Shown in pieces: positions 30,487 through 40,050 of a stretch of DNA of 64,000 nt (the first letter of the stretch is position 1; the number at the start of each line of letters is the position of its first letter). The translations under genes were made by a program, and so were the position numbers. The notes beneath the pieces were generated by a model. That model ran no database searches. It was not told the DNA's origin and was given only the letters and a program-made list of their open reading frames with translations. This DNA comes from an uncultured bacterium (GTDB taxonomy: Bacteria > Babelota > Babeliae > Babelales > Babelaceae). The DNA lies in assembly GCA_963722385.1 (NCBI GenBank), contig CAVRKK010000001.1:64001-128000 (forward strand). The letters are read 5' to 3'.

Positions 30487-32400
30487 TTACTTGCCGGGAG
30501 GTGCGAGCTTGCTGAGCATCTCCTCGGTGGGTGTTTTTTTCTTCTTTTCGCCAATTTCTTCTTGAATTTTGCCAAAGGTCTCTGAAACCGCTTTGATGTT
30601 TTCGCTTACTTTTTTTAATGTTTGCCCGTCGGGAGTGGCAAGCTGTTTTTCCGTGTAAGCATCAAATGCTTTTTGTGCGAGCTCAATATTTTTCGCAAAG
30701 TCTTTGGTATTTTTCTCTAAGCTTTTCCAGAGGGTTTTATATTGCTTCTTCTGGCGGTCTTTAGCCTTTTGAAGGCTTTTCTCTACGTACGTTAACTTCT
30801 CGGTCAGATCATTAAGATGGGTTGACTCGGCAAAGCGGGTGACATCAGCTGTCAGTTCTTCAGCAGGTGTTGTGGCCTTTTGAAGGTTTTCAAAAAATGG
30901 CTTGTCAAAATGCTCATTAAACATAAAGAAGCGCTGGTCAAGGTCTAGAAGCTGCTGTGCGAGTGCGTCATAGCTTTCTTTTTTCTCTTCTTTTTTTTCT
31001 TTATCTTTCTCTTTGCCCGCTGCTTTGCCCTTTTCTTGTTCTTTCTTTTCTTTATCTTTCTCTTCTTTCTTTTCTTCTTCTTTTTCCTCTTCTTTCTTAC
31101 CTCCTGGCTTTCCGCCACCGACGCCGCCCGGTTTCCCCTTGCCGCCTGGCTTTTCTGTCTTTTTTTGTGGTGGTTTTTCTGGTGCGCGCTCGCCACTTGG
31201 CTTAAAGGATGGTCGTTCACCGCTTGGCAGCGATGGCCTTTCCCATGGTGACCCGAATGCCCCACGCGAGGGGCGTTCGGGTCGTATATGAATCGTTTTG
31301 CCGTATGGTTCAGCGGCTGCAAATGCCTTGTGCTCTTTAAGTCGCTCAGCTTGTTCTTTTTCCATTTGCTTTCTTAGCGCGAGCTCTTCAGGTTCATACT
31401 TTTTTATAAATTGTTCAAGGCCATTGAGTAATTGGTCTTGGTAGATCGCGTTGCCCAAGATTGACGTAATTGCTTGGCGTGCGCTTTCCAATGATTTTGT
31501 TGTTGCTTGTTGGGCTGTCTGTATAGCCTGTAGCTCTTGATTTACGATGGCGCGTGATTGTGGGTCTTTGATTCTTTCGTAAGCATCCTTAACGAAGTCC
31601 GCATTTATTTGCGCTTCTCGTAGGGCTTTTTCTATTTCAGCGGCACTCCATTGTGCTTGCATGAGGCGTTGGCGCAAGCCGGATATATCGAACCGTTGGC
31701 TGATTTCGGCATATGCCTCATCGATAGCTTCTTGTGTAGCGGACGGCATTAATCCAAGAATTTCATAAGGGTCCTCCCATTGCTGGGGCTTTTCTATAGG
31801 CATGCTTAGTATTGGCTCATATGTTTCTAAAGCCCTATTAAGCCTTTCGAGCGACCAGCGGAGCTTGTCATTTTCAGTTGCTGCAAGCCGTTGATAGTTC
31901 TCAGACGTATTAATCGTTAATAATGTATTGATGAGCTTATTGGTATCAGGTAGCCATGTTTTTAGCGGCACTTTTAGCCTTGCAAGGTCAAGACGCCGAA
32001 TTAATGAGCCGAGCAGTCCGGGCATTTCCCGCACAATATTCTTTGGTGGCTCGATAACGGGTTTAGTTTCAGGCTTAATTTCCGGAACTTCCGGCATTGG
32101 CGGCTTTTTTTCTTCAACAGGTTGTTCGGGTGTTAGGGGCTTGAAGGTCTCAGGGTCAATACCCATACTTCTGAGGTTTGCTTTTGCTTGGCGCTCAAGT
32201 TCTGCAATCTCAGCGTCGTCGAGATTTTTCAAGTAATTGAGCATTTCGTCAATTTCTTTTTCCGATATTTCGATAGGTGGCAGTCCAGCTGGCGCGGGAA
32301 ATGCGGGCGCTGGAAGGCGCGCATGCAAGAAGATGAGCAAAAAAGCCGTTAGAGCTTTAAAATAGCGTGATGCTTTTTTTAAGAATGTAGTATACTTCAT
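30487..32400 (-). CDS. Exported protein with an HPD-less J-like domain and K/E-rich linker
   Basis: Signal-like N-terminus; DPYEILGLMPSATQEAIDEAY ... VKDAYERIKDPQSR. Confidence 0.65.
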   Translation of the reverse strand: MKYTTFLKKASRYFKALTAFLLIFLHARLPAPAFPAPAGLPPIEISEKEIDEMLNYLKNLDDAEIAELERQAKANLRSMGIDPETFKPLTPEQPVEEKKPPMPEVPEIKPETKPVIEPPKNIVREMPGLLGSLIRRLDLARLKVPLKTWLPDTNKLINTLLTINTSENYQRLAATENDKLRWSLERLNRALETYEPILSMPIEKPQQWEDPYEILGLMPSATQEAIDEAYAEISQRFDISGLRQRLMQAQWSAAEIEKALREAQINADFVKDAYERIKDPQSRAIVNQELQAIQTAQQATTKSLESARQAITSILGNAIYQDQLLNGLEQFIKKYEPEELALRKQMEKEQAERLKEHKAFAAAEPYGKTIHIRPERPSRGAFGSPWERPSLPSGERPSFKPSGERAPEKPPQKKTEKPGGKGKPGGVGGGKPGGKKEEEKEEEKKEEKDKEKKEQEKGKAAGKEKDKEKKEEKKESYDALAQQLLDLDQRFFMFNEHFDKPFFENLQKATTPAEELTADVTRFAESTHLNDLTEKLTYVEKSLQKAKDRQKKQYKTLWKSLEKNTKDFAKNIELAQKAFDAYTEKQLATPDGQTLKKVSENIKAVSETFGKIQEEIGEKKKKTPTEEMLSKLAPPGK

Positions 32401-32432
32401 GACGTTTCCTCAAATCGTGGCAAGGAAAGGCA

Positions 32433-32810
32433 TTGTCAATATTGCCTATTTTTAATTTTAAGCTTTGGCGCTGCCAAAGTCAACAAACCGGTTTTATTCT
32501 GCTCGAGTCAGCTCTTGCAATAGGTATTATAGCGCTTTTGATGGGATCTTTCATGCTTTTGTTGAGTAATGCTTCGTATCATGGTGCGTACGCTCGCCAC
32601 AAAGCGCAATCAATCAGATTTGTGCGCTCGGTGGTTGCACGGTTGATGATGGAGAATGATGTTGGCCCTGAGCGTATTATTAAGGGTGCTGGATGTACGG
32701 TTAATATTCAGATGCGCCCTGACGGTTCTTATAAGCGGTACTGGCATATATACGTGCATGTTATATGGCAGCATGGGGAATATAGTTTGTATACAGGTAT
32801 GCTTCGATGA
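32433..32810 (+). CDS. Prepilin-like protein (minor pilin/pseudopilin)
   Basis: Class III signal G|FILLE followed by a hydrophobic helix. Confidence 0.7.
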   Translation: MSILPIFNFKLWRCQSQQTGFILLESALAIGIIALLMGSFMLLLSNASYHGAYARHKAQSIRFVRSVVARLMMENDVGPERIIKGAGCTVNIQMRPDGSYKRYWHIYVHVIWQHGEYSLYTGMLR

Positions 32811-33292
32811 AGAAGGGCTTTTTTATGCTTGAGCTGCTTATATCAGTAGCTCTCGGTGGGTTAATCGCCTTGCTTGGTGCACAAGCTGCTGTTTTTTTGA
32901 GCATGCAGTCACGTGAGGTGCTTAAGAAAAACACTGGCTTTTTGGCTCTTTTGCACGCATCTTATTTTTTGGAGCGGACGTTAGCGCGCGCGCCGCGCGA
33001 TAAAAACCTGTGGTCTTTAATGGATGCTACCTGTATTGCTTGGCGAGTAGGCAATCGCCGGTGCTCATTGTGCTTGGAGCATGGAACTCTTTTTTTTGTT
33101 GAGCGGGTTGATTTTGAAAGGAGGACCAAGGCGGTCGTTCTTAAGAATGTGAGCACGCTTGCCTTTAATTTTTACCGTGGGATGGGGGGTGTTACCGGCC
33201 TGTCCTATGTTCTTGGTTGTTCTGGACAGATGATAAAAGGTGATATTTGTTTTGCAGGAAGCCGTCAGTTTGCGGTTGTTGGGGTGGCGTGA
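32807..33292 (+). CDS. Prepilin-like protein
   Basis: MKKG|FFMLELLISVAL; overlaps both neighbours. Confidence 0.75.
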   Translation: MKKGFFMLELLISVALGGLIALLGAQAAVFLSMQSREVLKKNTGFLALLHASYFLERTLARAPRDKNLWSLMDATCIAWRVGNRRCSLCLEHGTLFFVERVDFERRTKAVVLKNVSTLAFNFYRGMGGVTGLSYVLGCSGQMIKGDICFAGSRQFAVVGVA

Positions 33293-33696
33293 TGCAGCTT
33301 GTTTTTGTAGTATTTTTATCGCTTCTCTTGAGCATTTTTAGCTTAAGTATCTGGCAAGGGGTTGAGCACTTTTGTGATGACGCGCATTATTATTTTCAAG
33401 CCGAAGAACATGCTTTATTATTGGATGGGCTTGTGTGGTATGGCATAGCGATATTGGCGCAAGACCATCTCATGCGAAGGGCTTTGGAAGATGGGCCTGT
33501 CAGGCGCCATGAAAGCCCATGGCGGGGCCATGTTGCTGGCTATGAACCCATTGGGAGTTTGAGCTATACCAAAAATGAGCTTGGTAAGTATGTTTTAGTT
33601 GCTTCTCTTCGCTTAGCTGGTGATAGTGGCTGTGAGCGAACTATTGATTTAGGTTGGCTGTCGGAGAAGGGGGTTTTGGAGATTGTTCCTTCCTAG
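33292..33696 (+). CDS. Putative PilX/GspK-like third pilin subunit
   Basis: N-terminal hydrophobic helix; TGATG coupling to the upstream pilin gene. Confidence 0.45.
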   Translation: MQLVFVVFLSLLLSIFSLSIWQGVEHFCDDAHYYFQAEEHALLLDGLVWYGIAILAQDHLMRRALEDGPVRRHESPWRGHVAGYEPIGSLSYTKNELGKYVLVASLRLAGDSGCERTIDLGWLSEKGVLEIVPS

Positions 33697-33777
33697 ATCA
33701 ATTTTTTTCGTTTTGGGGTATACTGTAAGCTATGTTTTGAAAAAAGTTTTTTTGTATTCGTGTTAGAGGGAGCGCTC

Positions 33778-34227
33778 ATGAAGGTATTTCTTTTAGCCGA
33801 TGTTGACCGCGTAGGTATGTCTGGTGAAATCATTACTGTTTCTGATGGCTATGCTCATAATTTCTTGCTGCCGCGTAAATTAGCGATAGAGGTGACGGCT
33901 TCTAATGAGCATTCATTTGCTCGTCGTACGCGCCTTATTGAGAAAAGGCATGAGGTGATTGAGTCAAAATCATCGATGCTTGCTGAGCGTATTAAAGGTA
34001 CCAAGCTTGTCTTGAGTCGCAAGGTCCATAATGGCGATCGGCTTTACGGTGCCATTAGTTCTGGTGATATTGTTGACCTTTTGGCTGGTCATGGTATTTC
34101 CGTTGCGAAGAATCAGGTAATTATGGATAAAGCAATTAAGAAGATTGGTGTTTATACTGTTGCTATTAAGCTGTCTTCGCGCTTACAGCCTGCTTTAACG
34201 CTTGAGATAAAGGCTGAGGCTTTATAA
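33778..34227 (+). CDS. rplI: 50S ribosomal protein L9
   Basis: MKVFLLADV..G..GEIITVSDGYAHNFLLP, RLYGAI; upstream of dnaB. Confidence 0.95.
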   Translation: MKVFLLADVDRVGMSGEIITVSDGYAHNFLLPRKLAIEVTASNEHSFARRTRLIEKRHEVIESKSSMLAERIKGTKLVLSRKVHNGDRLYGAISSGDIVDLLAGHGISVAKNQVIMDKAIKKIGVYTVAIKLSSRLQPALTLEIKAEAL

Positions 34228-34253
34228 TTTTTTTGTGATCAGGGGGCAGGGAT

Positions 34254-35612
34254 ATGCTGAGTAGGCATAGCAATTCGGCCAATGAAAAGATCTTGGGCAA
34301 GTCCCTTCCCAGTAGTATAGATGCTGAGCGTGCTGTTTTGGGTGCGCTTTTATTGAATGATTCTCGGCTTGGCGAAATGTTGGAGATTCTTTTTCCTGAG
34401 AATTTTTATTTGCCGGCCCATCGCTTTATTTATCAGGCAATGGCAAGTCTTGCGGCGCGTCAGCAGCGGATTGACTTGATTACTCTGCAGGATGAGCTTG
34501 AAAAAAATCAAGCTTTGTCGGCGAGTGGCGGGGTTGCCTATTTGATAACGCTCCAGGAGGATATACCCGCCGTTGGTTTACTTGAGCAGCATGCGCGCCT
34601 TGTTAAAGACAAGGCTCTGCTGCGAGAGCTTATCAACTCAGCAAGCTCTATTATTGCCAATTGTTACACTCAGGATGACCGTGCGATCGAGGCGGTTATT
34701 GACGAGGCTGAGAAGACAATTTTTAGCCTGTCGGCGCAGCGCTCTGCACAGAATTTTGTGCAGCTTAACATTTGGCTTAAGCGCACTTTTCAAACGCTGT
34801 CGGAGATGAAGGGGCATTCTAGTGGTATTACTGGTATCGCCGCTGGTTTTAAAAAGCTCGATGAGATGACCTCGGGGTTTCAGAAAAGTGATTTAATTAT
34901 TCTGGCTGCTCGGCCTTCGATGGGTAAGACGGCCTTAGGGCTCACCTTGGCTGATTACGCTGCGCGTGCAGGGTGCGCCATCGGTTTTTTTTCACTTGAG
35001 ATGTCGGCTGAGCAAATTACTCTACGGTTATTGTCCGGGACCTCGGGTGTTCCCTTGCATAATATTCGTAATGCCACCGTTAATTCTGATCAGTGGATAG
35101 ATCTTACCAATGCTGCTGCCCAGATGGCTTGCCGCAAGCTTTTTATCGATGATGGTGCCGTTCAGTCGGTGCTGGATATTCGTTCGAAGGCCCGAAGATT
35201 GAAGCAGGAGCATGGATTAGATCTCTTAGTTGTTGACTATTTGCAGCTGATTCATACCCAGCGGCGCTATGAGAACAGGCATCAGGAGGTTTCTGAAATT
35301 TCACGTGCGTTGAAGGGGCTTGCAAAAGAGCTTAATATACCAGTTATTGCGTTGTCTCAGCTATCGCGCGCTGTTGATAGCCGCGTGGATAAGCGGCCGC
35401 TGTTGTCAGACCTTAGAGAGTCAGGTGCTATTGAGCAGGATGCTGACCTTATTATGTTTTTATATCGGGATAGTGTCTATAATCCTCACGCTGAGAATCC
35501 CTCTTTGGCAGAGCTTATTATTGGTAAGCAAAGAAACGGTCCTACGGGGACCGTTTATCTTAACTATTTACGTGAGTGTACGCTCTTTGAAGATTGCGAG
35601 CAACCGGATTAA
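34254..35612 (+). CDS. dnaB: Replicative DNA helicase
   Basis: AARPSMGKT, VVDYLQL, LSQLSR, SDLRESGAIEQDAD, KQRNGPTG. Confidence 0.97.
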   Translation: MLSRHSNSANEKILGKSLPSSIDAERAVLGALLLNDSRLGEMLEILFPENFYLPAHRFIYQAMASLAARQQRIDLITLQDELEKNQALSASGGVAYLITLQEDIPAVGLLEQHARLVKDKALLRELINSASSIIANCYTQDDRAIEAVIDEAEKTIFSLSAQRSAQNFVQLNIWLKRTFQTLSEMKGHSSGITGIAAGFKKLDEMTSGFQKSDLIILAARPSMGKTALGLTLADYAARAGCAIGFFSLEMSAEQITLRLLSGTSGVPLHNIRNATVNSDQWIDLTNAAAQMACRKLFIDDGAVQSVLDIRSKARRLKQEHGLDLLVVDYLQLIHTQRRYENRHQEVSEISRALKGLAKELNIPVIALSQLSRAVDSRVDKRPLLSDLRESGAIEQDADLIMFLYRDSVYNPHAENPSLAELIIGKQRNGPTGTVYLNYLRECTLFEDCEQPD

Positions 35613-35614
35613 TG

Positions 35615-35890
35615 CTAGATTATTTCTTGTTCCAGCAACACACCGTATGAACACTGGGCTGCGCAGTGTGTATGTGAATCACCATTAAGAGGCATTAGGC
35701 AGCACTTTTCATGCTTCTTGCACTTTGTCTGACATTTCTTATTAACTGCTCTGATATGGGCTTCTTCTTTGGAGAGTTTTTCCTTTTGCTCCTTTTCTTT
35801 TTGTTCTTTTTCGTGGTTGCTAAGTAAGGCGCCTGAGGCAAGGCAGAGTGTTATTAAGGTGGTTGATTGTAGTAATGTTTTGCTTTTCAT
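35615..35890 (-). CDS. Small exported Cys-rich protein
   Basis: RBS GGAG, signal peptide, C-x3-C-x5-CC...C-x3-C pattern. Confidence 0.55.
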   Translation of the reverse strand: MKSKTLLQSTTLITLCLASGALLSNHEKEQKEKEQKEKLSKEEAHIRAVNKKCQTKCKKHEKCCLMPLNGDSHTHCAAQCSYGVLLEQEII

Positions 35891-35996
35891 GATATTCTCC
35901 TTCAGGCTATTATGTGTTAGTGGCTTTTATTTTTCATATTATCATTATATGCTTTTATTTTTCAATAATTTTTTTATTTTCGATTAGAGGCGTTTT

Positions 35997-36467
35997 GTGA
36001 TTATCTTAGCGATCGATCCGAGTGTGGTATGTGCTGGGTTTGCCGTTCTTGGGAAAGGGGGCGGCCGTATTTTGTTATTGGACTCTGGTTTGGTTAAGTT
36101 ATCATCTGGGCTTGGGTTGCCTGAGAGGCTTGCCCGATTATATGAAGTTTTTGATTCTAAAGTTACCGAGTGGCAGGTTACGGATCTTGTTTTAGAGACG
36201 CCGTTTTTGGGGAAGAATGCTCAAAATTTTTTAAAGTTAGGGTATGTTCGTGGTATTCTCTACTTAATTGCTCATCGATATGGGCTGCGGCTGCATGAAT
36301 TTTCTCCACGTGAAATAAAGCATGCGCTGACGGGCTTTGGTGGGGCGGATAAGGAGCAGATTTCGCGAGTAATTTTGACGCTTTTCCCGGGGTTTGTGCG
36401 TCCCGAGCAATTTGATGTTACGGATGCTATTGCTTTGGCTCTTTGTTGTTTGTGGCGCTACTGTTAA
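35997..36467 (+). CDS. ruvC: Holliday junction resolvase
   Basis: ILAIDP, LVLETPF, TGFGGADKEQI, DVTDAIALA. Confidence 0.93.
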   Translation: MIILAIDPSVVCAGFAVLGKGGGRILLLDSGLVKLSSGLGLPERLARLYEVFDSKVTEWQVTDLVLETPFLGKNAQNFLKLGYVRGILYLIAHRYGLRLHEFSPREIKHALTGFGGADKEQISRVILTLFPGFVRPEQFDVTDAIALALCCLWRYC

Positions 36468-36546
36468 TTTTTTTATATTATTCTTGTGTTTTTTTGGCCA
36501 GTTTGCTTATATTGAGCGGCGTGTTGGTTGCTATGGTGGCATTGTT

Positions 36547-36954
36547 ATGTCTGAGAAGCTTTTATTTATTAACTCGCTTGCTTCTGATGAGCTTTTGGTG
36601 TTGCAGGATAGTTTTTTTCAGCCCGGGTTTCATCTAGTGGTAGTGCCATCATGTTCTTTTGGGCGCTCGCTTATGCGGACGTTTGCTTTTTGTTCTCGTA
36701 CTTGTTTATCGGTAGCGTGTTTAAGTGATGATTCATTTTTTATGATCGAGGGAGTTGTGCCGTTATTTGATGGTATTCCTACGGTTGCTTATGTTGATAG
36801 CTATTTGTTGTGCGATTTTTTTTATGAGCTGTGTTGGATTGAGTATACGCCGGAGTTATTTAGTTCGCCTTGGTTTCGGCATTTTTCTAGGCGGGTTTAT
36901 GATTTTAATCTTACTAATGCTTCTTCTTTTGTTGTTTTTATTCCGATTTGTTAG
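36547..36954 (+). CDS. Hypothetical protein
   Basis: ATG-started ORF co-oriented with ruvC; no recognised motif. Confidence 0.45.
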   Translation: MSEKLLFINSLASDELLVLQDSFFQPGFHLVVVPSCSFGRSLMRTFAFCSRTCLSVACLSDDSFFMIEGVVPLFDGIPTVAYVDSYLLCDFFYELCWIEYTPELFSSPWFRHFSRRVYDFNLTNASSFVVFIPIC

Positions 36955-38440
36955 GGTGCGCTCGTCTCCGTTCCCGCTGTCCTGGCTCCCTTTTTTTGTC
37001 GCGGTGAACATTGTGGGTACTCGTCTTGCGCTGTTTTGGCGATTTTAAGGTTCTTTTTTTTAGCAGGTGTTGGAGGCAGGCGCGCAGGGCTGCTTGCAGC
37101 GAGTGCTGCTTGCTTTTTTTTGTACGCCCGGTGACCTGAGCAAGGTGCGGGTCGAGTTGATGTGGCGCTGGTTGCTTGAGTAAGTAGTCTTTTAGATTCT
37201 TAAGAATTTCTTCGAAGCTACCCTCAAGCCTTCTGCTCTTTATGCGCTTTTTTGTTGCATTCATGGCATGGAGCATGAAGAGAGCGGTACGTATATCGAG
37301 CACGCCATGGAGCGATGCTTGGGGCGGGATATGAGGTATCTGAACGGCGGCTGCTTTAAAAATTGCCATAAGCTGCTGCTTTGAAAAAGCGAGCCTAAAT
37401 TCTGCGAGAGCGAGAGCGAGCGCGCCGGCGACGATAGCGGCGGCAGCGGACGTGCCGCTCAGAAATAAGTATGGGGTGGCGGAGCCTGGTACTGGTACAG
37501 CTGTTGAGAGGATGTCAACCCCGGGGGCAAGGAACGTTGGGCCTTTAGCTGGTTCGTATTGTGAAAAAGTTGGTAGGAAGCACGTATTATCTTGCTCATT
37601 GATGCCAAATGCCCCGACCGATAAGGTAATTGCGTCAAACCGTGCCGGGTATGCTAATTGCGCTGTATTCCCGCCATTTCCCGCCGCTGCTATGGTATAG
37701 GGAACTTTGTGTAGTAGGTCATTTATGTAAGCAGATGCCGGTGAATCAGGTATGATAGCGTCATCTATCTTGAGGCTTAAGAGCAGAATATCTGCCCTAA
37801 GCTCGATTGTCTTTTTTATTGCTGCTATCAGTGTTTCTTTGTCGCTCGTGCCGCTATCATCGAATGCCTTGATCATAATGATCTCTGCTTTTGGGCAAAG
37901 CGAGGACTCCGTCCCCTGAGCATGGGGGTTCTTCTGGGCAGCAAGAATTCCATAGGTATGGGTTCCGTGTGCTTGCGTAGGATTATATTCCTGTTGGCTC
38001 AGCATGGTAATTGGTGCGGCCAAAGGCAGTAACGCATTGCTTGTTATATCGAGGTTGCTCCAAGCATGCTTATAGCGGCATTTTAGGTCCGGGTGCGCTC
38101 TATGCTTGTTGTCTTTCGTGGTGTAGGCGGCTAGTCCAGTATCGATAAGGGCGAGGCGCACCCCTGAGCCGCGCCGTGGTGCCAGCTGGCGCAGGCTAAA
38201 CTGATGCGGTAGGTAGGAGCAACATGCCTGCCCGGGGTTGGTGGCGAGACCTACGGTAGGAAATGCAAAGTGCCACCAGAATTTTCGTGAGGCTGGGGTA
38301 TTTTTTTGAGGCAGCTGGTCGCTGCAGTACAGTTGGCAGGGTTTATTCCGAAGCGCCGGTCGGAATGGGTGTCCTGTCCAGGCACCGTTCATGCTCTGTG
38401 TGAGCGTGGCGATTAAGCTAATTATCTTTGTTGTCTTCAT
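36938..38440 (-). CDS. S8 subtilisin-like serine protease
   Basis: Catalytic triad motifs LIDTG, HGTHTYG, SGTSA; oxyanion AAAGN. Confidence 0.85.
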   Translation of the reverse strand: MKTTKIISLIATLTQSMNGAWTGHPFRPALRNKPCQLYCSDQLPQKNTPASRKFWWHFAFPTVGLATNPGQACCSYLPHQFSLRQLAPRRGSGVRLALIDTGLAAYTTKDNKHRAHPDLKCRYKHAWSNLDITSNALLPLAAPITMLSQQEYNPTQAHGTHTYGILAAQKNPHAQGTESSLCPKAEIIMIKAFDDSGTSDKETLIAAIKKTIELRADILLLSLKIDDAIIPDSPASAYINDLLHKVPYTIAAAGNGGNTAQLAYPARFDAITLSVGAFGINEQDNTCFLPTFSQYEPAKGPTFLAPGVDILSTAVPVPGSATPYLFLSGTSAAAAIVAGALALALAEFRLAFSKQQLMAIFKAAAVQIPHIPPQASLHGVLDIRTALFMLHAMNATKKRIKSRRLEGSFEEILKNLKDYLLKQPAPHQLDPHLAQVTGRTKKSKQHSLQAALRACLQHLLKKRTLKSPKQRKTSTHNVHRDKKREPGQRERRRAHPNKSE

Positions 38441-38484
38441 AGTGCTTTTAGCGTAGCATGGCGAGGTTTCTGTTCTCAAGAGCA

Positions 38485-38716
38485 GCGAATTGAATAAATG
38501 GCGCCTGCGCGGCCGACTTCGCCAAGGCTACGATGGGAACGCTTGCGCAGCGGGCGCGCCTGTGCGGCGGGCAGCAGGGCGGCGGCCCTGCACCCACACC
38601 AATATGCGTAGTAGCATACGATGTCTCCGTATTGCTCTATCTTTTATCTTTTCTCGCGTCATAACCATGCGGGGCGCATGATTATGACAAACGCAATTTT
38701 CCTGGCGGAAAAATAG
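38485..38716. repeat. Composite hairpin repeat, copy A (left half only)
   Basis: GC-rich block 38540-38601, unique spacer, hairpin GTCATAACCATGC..GCATGATTATGAC 38658-38688, hairpin ATTTTCC..GGAAAA. Confidence 0.85.
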
Positions 38717-38761
38717 ATTCTTCTTCTGCAGCAAGTGCTCTACCCAAAATTTTTAAGAAAT

Positions 38762-38886
38762 AAAAAACCACCACGCTAGCTTGCGCCAGCGTGGTGGAAA
38801 AAAGGAGAGTAGTAATGAAGCCTAATTGAGTATGAAGCGATTTTGAATTTTTGCCGGTTCTGCCAGCTCTTTTCTAATCTCTTCAT
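38762..38886 (-). ncRNA. Candidate ~125-nt small RNA with anti-RBS seed
   Basis: TTGACA-N16-TATCAT promoter (38920-38893), CUUCAUUACUACUCUCC segment, terminator stem 38797-38768 followed by U6. Confidence 0.5.
38768..38797 (-). terminator. Intrinsic terminator
   Basis: CCACCACGCTGGC-gcaa-GCTAGCGTGGTGG followed by TTTTTT on the minus strand. Confidence 0.85.
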
Positions 38887-38969
38887 GATTTAATGATACC
38901 TGTTTTTTTTTCTTTGTCAACATATTAAAAAAAGGAAAATGCGTGAAAGCCGCACCTTGTTTCAAAGGG

Positions 38970-40037
38970 TCAATAGGCAGGAAGCGCAATACGTTCATAA
39001 TCGTAGCGGGTGCATATTTCCTGGAGCGGTGCATGGGGAATGGGTGAGGTTATGAGAATTTGTGTCTGGTACGACGTGAGAAGCTTGAAAAAGCGGTCGA
39101 GTCGCTCATGGTCCAAATCCGAAACAACATCATCGAGCAAAAAGACGCAGGACTGCGGATGTTGCGTCGCAGGCTGCGCCACCTTGAGCAACATGGCCAG
39201 CAGTTTTTGCTGCCCGCGAGAAGCGTAGACTCGTGATGACTTTTGCGATAGGAGCGTCACGTAGTCGTCAAGATGTGCTCCGAATAATGTTCTTCGCGCG
39301 GCTTGCTCCATTCTCAACGTGTTCATGTCGTGCTGTAGTATTTCCTTAGGCTTGTAGGTTAGCTGAACCTTAAGCTGCTCACGGTCGAAGAAGAGCGCTA
39401 TCAGGTTATTAAGCCTCTGCTCAAGAGCGATGAGGACTTCCTGCCGTTTAAGTCGGACTGCCTGTGTTATGGCCAAGAGCTGCTCGGTCCATAATTGGTA
39501 GGAGTCGTAGTCGAGGCGGCTGGCAACAAGGAGTGCGTTGCGTTGCTCAAGAATGCTCAGGTATTTTCGGAGGAGTACTGGGTAGTCCGGGTCGATCAAC
39601 ATTATTGCTTGGTCCAAAAAGGCACGCCTGACCTCCGGTGCTCCTTTAATAAGAAGCATATCCTCATCAGTCATTGCAATGACGCGATAAAGTGTTATCA
39701 GCTCCTTATACGATTTAAGAGGGGCATCATTAATTTTTATGAGGCGCTTTGACTGTTTGCCTTGCTCAGGAGAGTAACCTGCGGTGATACTAATAGGCAG
39801 CCCGTTGTTGTTATCGATCTGCAGCTTGATTGAAAAGGCGCTTGCGCCAAAGTTCACCAGGTCACGCGTTGTTCGCGTTTTGAACGAGCGCAAGTAACAG
39901 GCATAATGGAGAGACTCAAGCAGCGAGGTCTTGCCAGAACCGTTAGGGCCTTCGATGAGAACAAGGTTCTTGTTAAAAGGGACCTCCAGGCTTGTAAAGC
40001 AGCGGAAATTTTTTAGAGCAGCTGATAGTATATGCAT
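38970..40037 (-). CDS. recF: DNA replication/repair protein RecF
   Basis: NFRCF, GPNGSGKTSLLE, GAPEVRRAFLD, ASRGQQK, LLDDVVSDLD. Confidence 0.93.
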   Translation of the reverse strand: MHILSAALKNFRCFTSLEVPFNKNLVLIEGPNGSGKTSLLESLHYACYLRSFKTRTTRDLVNFGASAFSIKLQIDNNNGLPISITAGYSPEQGKQSKRLIKINDAPLKSYKELITLYRVIAMTDEDMLLIKGAPEVRRAFLDQAIMLIDPDYPVLLRKYLSILEQRNALLVASRLDYDSYQLWTEQLLAITQAVRLKRQEVLIALEQRLNNLIALFFDREQLKVQLTYKPKEILQHDMNTLRMEQAARRTLFGAHLDDYVTLLSQKSSRVYASRGQQKLLAMLLKVAQPATQHPQSCVFLLDDVVSDLDHERLDRFFKLLTSYQTQILITSPIPHAPLQEICTRYDYERIALPAY

Positions 40038-40050
40038 GAAAACCCAATAG

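Noticed and set aside
30945..31322. Poly-Lys/Phe ORFs overlapping 30487..32400
   Set aside because: Alternative-frame and antisense shadows of the K/E-rich linker.
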